Origin: Thermoanaerobaculia bacterium
GTDB lineage: Bacteria; Acidobacteriota; Thermoanaerobaculia; Multivoradales; Multivoraceae
Length of the DNA: 64,000 nt
NCBI GenBank assembly: GCA_963664405.1
Contig: OY761158.1
Span: forward strand, 864,001 to 928,000
Reading direction: 5' to 3'
Shown here: positions 60,469-64,000 of the stretch, piece by piece
How positions within the stretch are numbered: position 1 is the first letter of the stretch
Layout of the letters: every line of letters begins with the position of its first letter
Program-made: the position numbers and the translations under genes
The notes under the pieces: generated by a model
Seen by the model: only the letters and a program-made list of their open reading frames with translations
Databases searched by the model: none
Told to the model about the DNA's origin: nothing

Positions 60469-61800
60469 ATGAACGAGTACTTTCCCGAAGTCCCAGGCCC
60501 GATCCCTTTCGAGGGACCCAAATCCAAGAGCCCTCTAGCCTTCAAGTGGTACGACGCCGGCCGCAAGGTCGCCGGCAAGACCATGGAGAGGCATCTCAAG
60601 TTCGCCGTCGCCTACTGGCATACCTTCAAGGGAGACGGCGGCGATCCCTTCGGCGATCCGGTCTATCGTCGCCCCTGGGACGTCGGCGACGACCCGATGC
60701 AGATCGCGCGGCAGACTCTGGACGCCGCCTTCGAGCTCTTCACCAAGCTCGGCACTCGCTATTACTGTTTTCACGACCGCGACCTGGCTCCCGACGGCGG
60801 GTCGGTGGCGCAATCGCGCGACAATCTCGCCGCGCTCGTCGGCCTCGCCAAGAAGAAACAGAGACAGACCGGCGTTCGCCTCCTGTGGGGCACCGCCAAT
60901 CTCTTCAGCCACCCGCGCTACACCCATGGCGCCGCCACCAACCCCGACCCTCTGGTGGTAGCCCACGCCGCGGCCCAGGTTCGCGCAGCGCTCGACGCCA
61001 CGATCGAGCTCGGCGGCACCGGCTACGTCTTCTGGGGCGGCCGCGAAGGCTATACCTCTCTTCTCAACACCGACCTCCGACAGGAACGCCGCCAGATGGC
61101 AGCCTTCCTCCGCATGGCGATCGACTACGCCAGGAGTCGAGACTTCAAGGGCATGTTCTTCATCGAGCCCAAGGCCCGCGAGCCCACCCTCCACCAGTAC
61201 GACTTCGATGCCGCCACGACCCTCGAGTTTCTGCGCGAGTTCGATCTTCTCGACGACATGATGCTCAATGTCGAAGCCAACCATGCCGCTCTCGCCACCC
61301 ATTCCTTCGAGCACGAGCTCCGAGTTGCGGCAGGCGCCGGTCGACTCGGCAGCATCGACATCAATCGAGGCATCGAGGGAGTCGGTTGGGATACGGACAA
61401 CTTCGCAATGGATGCCACTACCTGCACCCTGGCGATGCTCGTCGTTCTCGAACAGCGCGGCCTTCGCTTCGGCGGCCTCAACTTCGACGCCAAGGTTCGC
61501 CGCGGGTCGTTTGACGGGGTCGATCTCTTCTATGCCCACATAGGCAGCATGGACGCGTTTGCCAGGGCCCTTCTCGTCGCCGACCGCATTCGGCAGGATG
61601 GCGTTCTCTCCGCGCCGCTGGCCGAACGGTATTCCGCCTTTCGTCGAGGATTCGGCCGTTCCCTGATGCGAGGAGAGGCCACTCTCGAAGCCGGTGAGTC
61701 TGCCGCCGAGCAGCAGGGCGAGCCTGCACTCCTGAGCGGCCGCCAGGAGCTCCTCGAGACTCTGCTGAATGACTACATCCACAACCCCGACATCGTCTGA
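60469..61800 (+). CDS. xylA: Xylose isomerase (class II)
   Basis: AYWHTF...G.DPFG, FHDRD, WGGREGY, IEPK..EP..HQYD, EANHA, GWDTD, GGLNFDAK.RR. Confidence 0.95.
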   Translation: MNEYFPEVPGPIPFEGPKSKSPLAFKWYDAGRKVAGKTMERHLKFAVAYWHTFKGDGGDPFGDPVYRRPWDVGDDPMQIARQTLDAAFELFTKLGTRYYCFHDRDLAPDGGSVAQSRDNLAALVGLAKKKQRQTGVRLLWGTANLFSHPRYTHGAATNPDPLVVAHAAAQVRAALDATIELGGTGYVFWGGREGYTSLLNTDLRQERRQMAAFLRMAIDYARSRDFKGMFFIEPKAREPTLHQYDFDAATTLEFLREFDLLDDMMLNVEANHAALATHSFEHELRVAAGAGRLGSIDINRGIEGVGWDTDNFAMDATTCTLAMLVVLEQRGLRFGGLNFDAKVRRGSFDGVDLFYAHIGSMDAFARALLVADRIRQDGVLSAPLAERYSAFRRGFGRSLMRGEATLEAGESAAEQQGEPALLSGRQELLETLLNDYIHNPDIV

Positions 61801-61806
61801 GGGTTG

Positions 61807-63380
61807 ATGAGCTCTGGCCGCTTTCTGGGCCTCGACTGCGGCACCCAGAGCCTGGCTGCCGTGATCGTGGACTTCGAGGTCGGTGAGAGGGTCTGGGAAG
61901 ACACGGTTCTCTTCGACCGCGATCTTCCTCAGTATGGGACCCGGACGGCGCACTCGCCGGCAGCGACCCCCGGATGGTTCACGCGCCACCCCTGATGTGG
62001 GTGGAGGCTCTCGACCTCTTGCTGGCGCGGCTGCGCGAGAACGGGCCCGACCCGATTTCGATCCGCGCCATCGCCGGCTCCGCGCAGCAGCATGGCTCGG
62101 TCTATCTCAATGCGAGTGCGGCCCGGACCCTGAAGCAACTCGACCCAGAGACCGCTGCGCACCTTCAGCTGGCAGCGTGTCTGTCACGCGACACCTCGCC
62201 TATCTGGCAGGACTCTTCGACCACCGACGAATGCGCCGAGATTCGCGACCGTCTCGGCGGCGTCGAGGGCGCCGTTAGGACGACCGGCTCTGACATCTTC
62301 GAGCGGTTCACCGGCCCCCAGATCAGACGCTTCTCGAAACGATCTCCCGACGCTTACGAGGCCACCGAGGCGATCACCCTGATCAGCGGATTCCTCGCCT
62401 CTGTTCTCAGCGGCGGACCTGCCCCCCTCGAGCCCGGAGACGCGGCGGGGATGAGCGTGATGGATATTCGCAAGCTCTCCTGGCACCCGGCCGCGGTGGC
62501 CGCGACCGCCCCCGATCTCTGCCGCCGTCTGCCCCCGATCTGCCCTTCCGACCGAGCCATCGGCCCGATCGCGAAGTACTTCGTCGAGAACTACGGTTTC
62601 GCTGCAGAGACCCTCGTTCTACCCTGGTCCGGCGACAATCCTTCCAGCCTGGTAGGCCTCGGCCTAGTGAGAAAGGGCATGGTCGGCCTGAGCCTGGGGA
62701 CCAGCGACACCTATTTCGCCTGTGTCGACGAGCCCGCGGTGGACCCGCGCGGCGAGGGTCACGTATTCGGCTCGCCGACCGGCGCTTGGATGACGCTGAA
62801 CTGTTTTCGCAACGGCTCCCTTGCCCGAGAAGCAATCCGCGACCAGCATGGCCTCGATTGGGCGAGTTTCTCAGCTGCCCTGAGGTCCACTCCGCCGGGG
62901 AACGGCGGTCGACTGCTCCTCCCCTGGATGGAGCCAGAGATCGTGCCACGCACTACCGAGCCCGGCTTCATTCGCGGGCCCGGCCTGGACCTCGGAGACG
63001 CCGACGGCAACTGTCGCGGCGTCATCGAAGGGCAGGCTCTGGCAATGCGCCTCCACGCGTCGTGGATGGGACAACGGCCCGTCGCTATCCGTGCCACCGG
63101 CGGCGCCTCGGACAATGACGCCATCCTTCAGGTCTTAGCCGACGTCTTCGCCTGCCCGATCGCGCGATTGGAGACCCCGAATGGCGCCGCCCTGGGCGCC
63201 GCCCTACGCGCCGCCCATGGCTATTGGCTCAATGAGGACCGCGCCCGGTCCTGGAGCGACGTTGTCGCCCCTTTCACGGCCTCGCCAGCGGGGGCGACGA
63301 TCAGCCCCGATGAGAAAGCCGCTGGAGCCTATGACGAGCTCTTGCCGCAATATGCAGCCCTGGAGAAAGACAATCTATAG
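61807..63380 (+). pseudogene. xylB: Xylulokinase, frameshifted near 61945 (real or sequencing error)
   Basis: LGLDCGTQS in one frame; APPLMWVEALD, SAQQHGSVY, GDNPSSL, SLGTSDT, TGGAS in the next. Confidence 0.85.
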
Positions 63381-63396
63381 CGCAATGAGCAGATTG

Positions 63397-64000
63397 CTAC
63401 TCAGCCGTTTGGGCTGAATCGGCAACGAACTCGGCGACGCGACGAGTGAGGTAGGCGTGGAACGGGTTGTAGCGCTGTCGCATCAGCAGATCCAGCGGAA
63501 CCGCGAGCGCCCCTCGCTCGCCCCGGGCCTCGAGTAGACCGAAAGGAAACGGATCCCCCAGATCCATGGCGGTTCCGTATACAGGATCGTCAGGCGGAAA
63601 GGGCACGGCAACGTGAGATTGGGAGTAGACACCCTGAGGCCACTCGAGGCCCAGTCTCTCGTGGTGCGGGCGAGTGGAGCCCGCCGGCGTCAGATGGGCT
63701 TCGACCTCGCTCGTCATCGTGGCGGAGTTGGTGACCACAGTCAGAGAGAAGGGCAGGGGATCCGGCGATTCCGCGCCGGCAGGCAGCCAATTCGCCTCCG
63801 GGCTCAGAAACTCCTCGATCTCGGCGAGCCGATTGACATCAAAGACCACCAGCTCGCTGCCGTTGGCGATCCGCCCCACCCGCAACCGGCCGTAGAGTCG
63901 ACCCAGCGAAGTGTCGAGCGGTACGGTGCCATCCACCCTCGACGCAAAGCTCAGGGCCGGCGGCAGCTCCTCCAGGCGGCCGCGCTCTTCGAGGCGCTCT
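63397..64000 (-). CDS. Hypothetical protein C-terminus (possibly hydrolase), 5'-truncated by window
   Basis: D.TV, WP.GVYS.SHVA.PFPPDDPVYG, R.RYNPF. Confidence 0.6.
   Translation of the reverse strand, partial: ERLEERGRLEELPPALSFASRVDGTVPLDTSLGRLYGRLRVGRIANGSELVVFDVNRLAEIEEFLSPEANWLPAGAESPDPLPFSLTVVTNSATMTSEVEAHLTPAGSTRPHHERLGLEWPQGVYSQSHVAVPFPPDDPVYGTAMDLGDPFPFGLLEARGERGALAVPLDLLMRQRYNPFHAYLTRRVAEFVADSAQTAE

Noticed and set aside
60535-61989. Long antisense ORFs here and opposite other genes
   Set aside because: Expected shadow ORFs in GC-rich coding DNA; no recognisable motifs.

Overview
GC-rich bacterial DNA, probably Acidobacteriota (inferred from a GWxTD-VWA protein, carboxypeptidase-regulatory-domain TonB receptors and a PSD1/DUF1501 pair). 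The main structure is a ~39.9-kb insertion (4753-44673). It is bounded by identical, inverted Tn3-like ends that begin GGATCTGC rather than the canonical GGGG, and it has a perfect 5-bp target duplication (ATCCT). It splits one unit of a 62-bp palindromic tandem repeat. The left end is a 412-bp MITE, the right end is an internally deleted Tn3-family transposon, and a second MITE copy lies inside. The cargo is a nested mosaic: IS1380, an IS6 interrupted by a group II intron, an integrase/IS91-like pair, an ISAzo13 inserted in the IR of a second Tn3 remnant, an IS3 inserted in a tyrosine recombinase, two inverted recombinase-TA-parA modules, two TonB receptors, PQQ dehydrogenases, sulfatases and many gene fragments. 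The flanks are ordinary metabolic genes: enoyl-CoA hydratase, acyl-CoA dehydrogenase, short purH, glpK, a sugar operon with xylA/xylB, and an M20 amidohydrolase carrying an in-frame MITE in its signal peptide. All calls were read by eye from motifs; no database searches were run.
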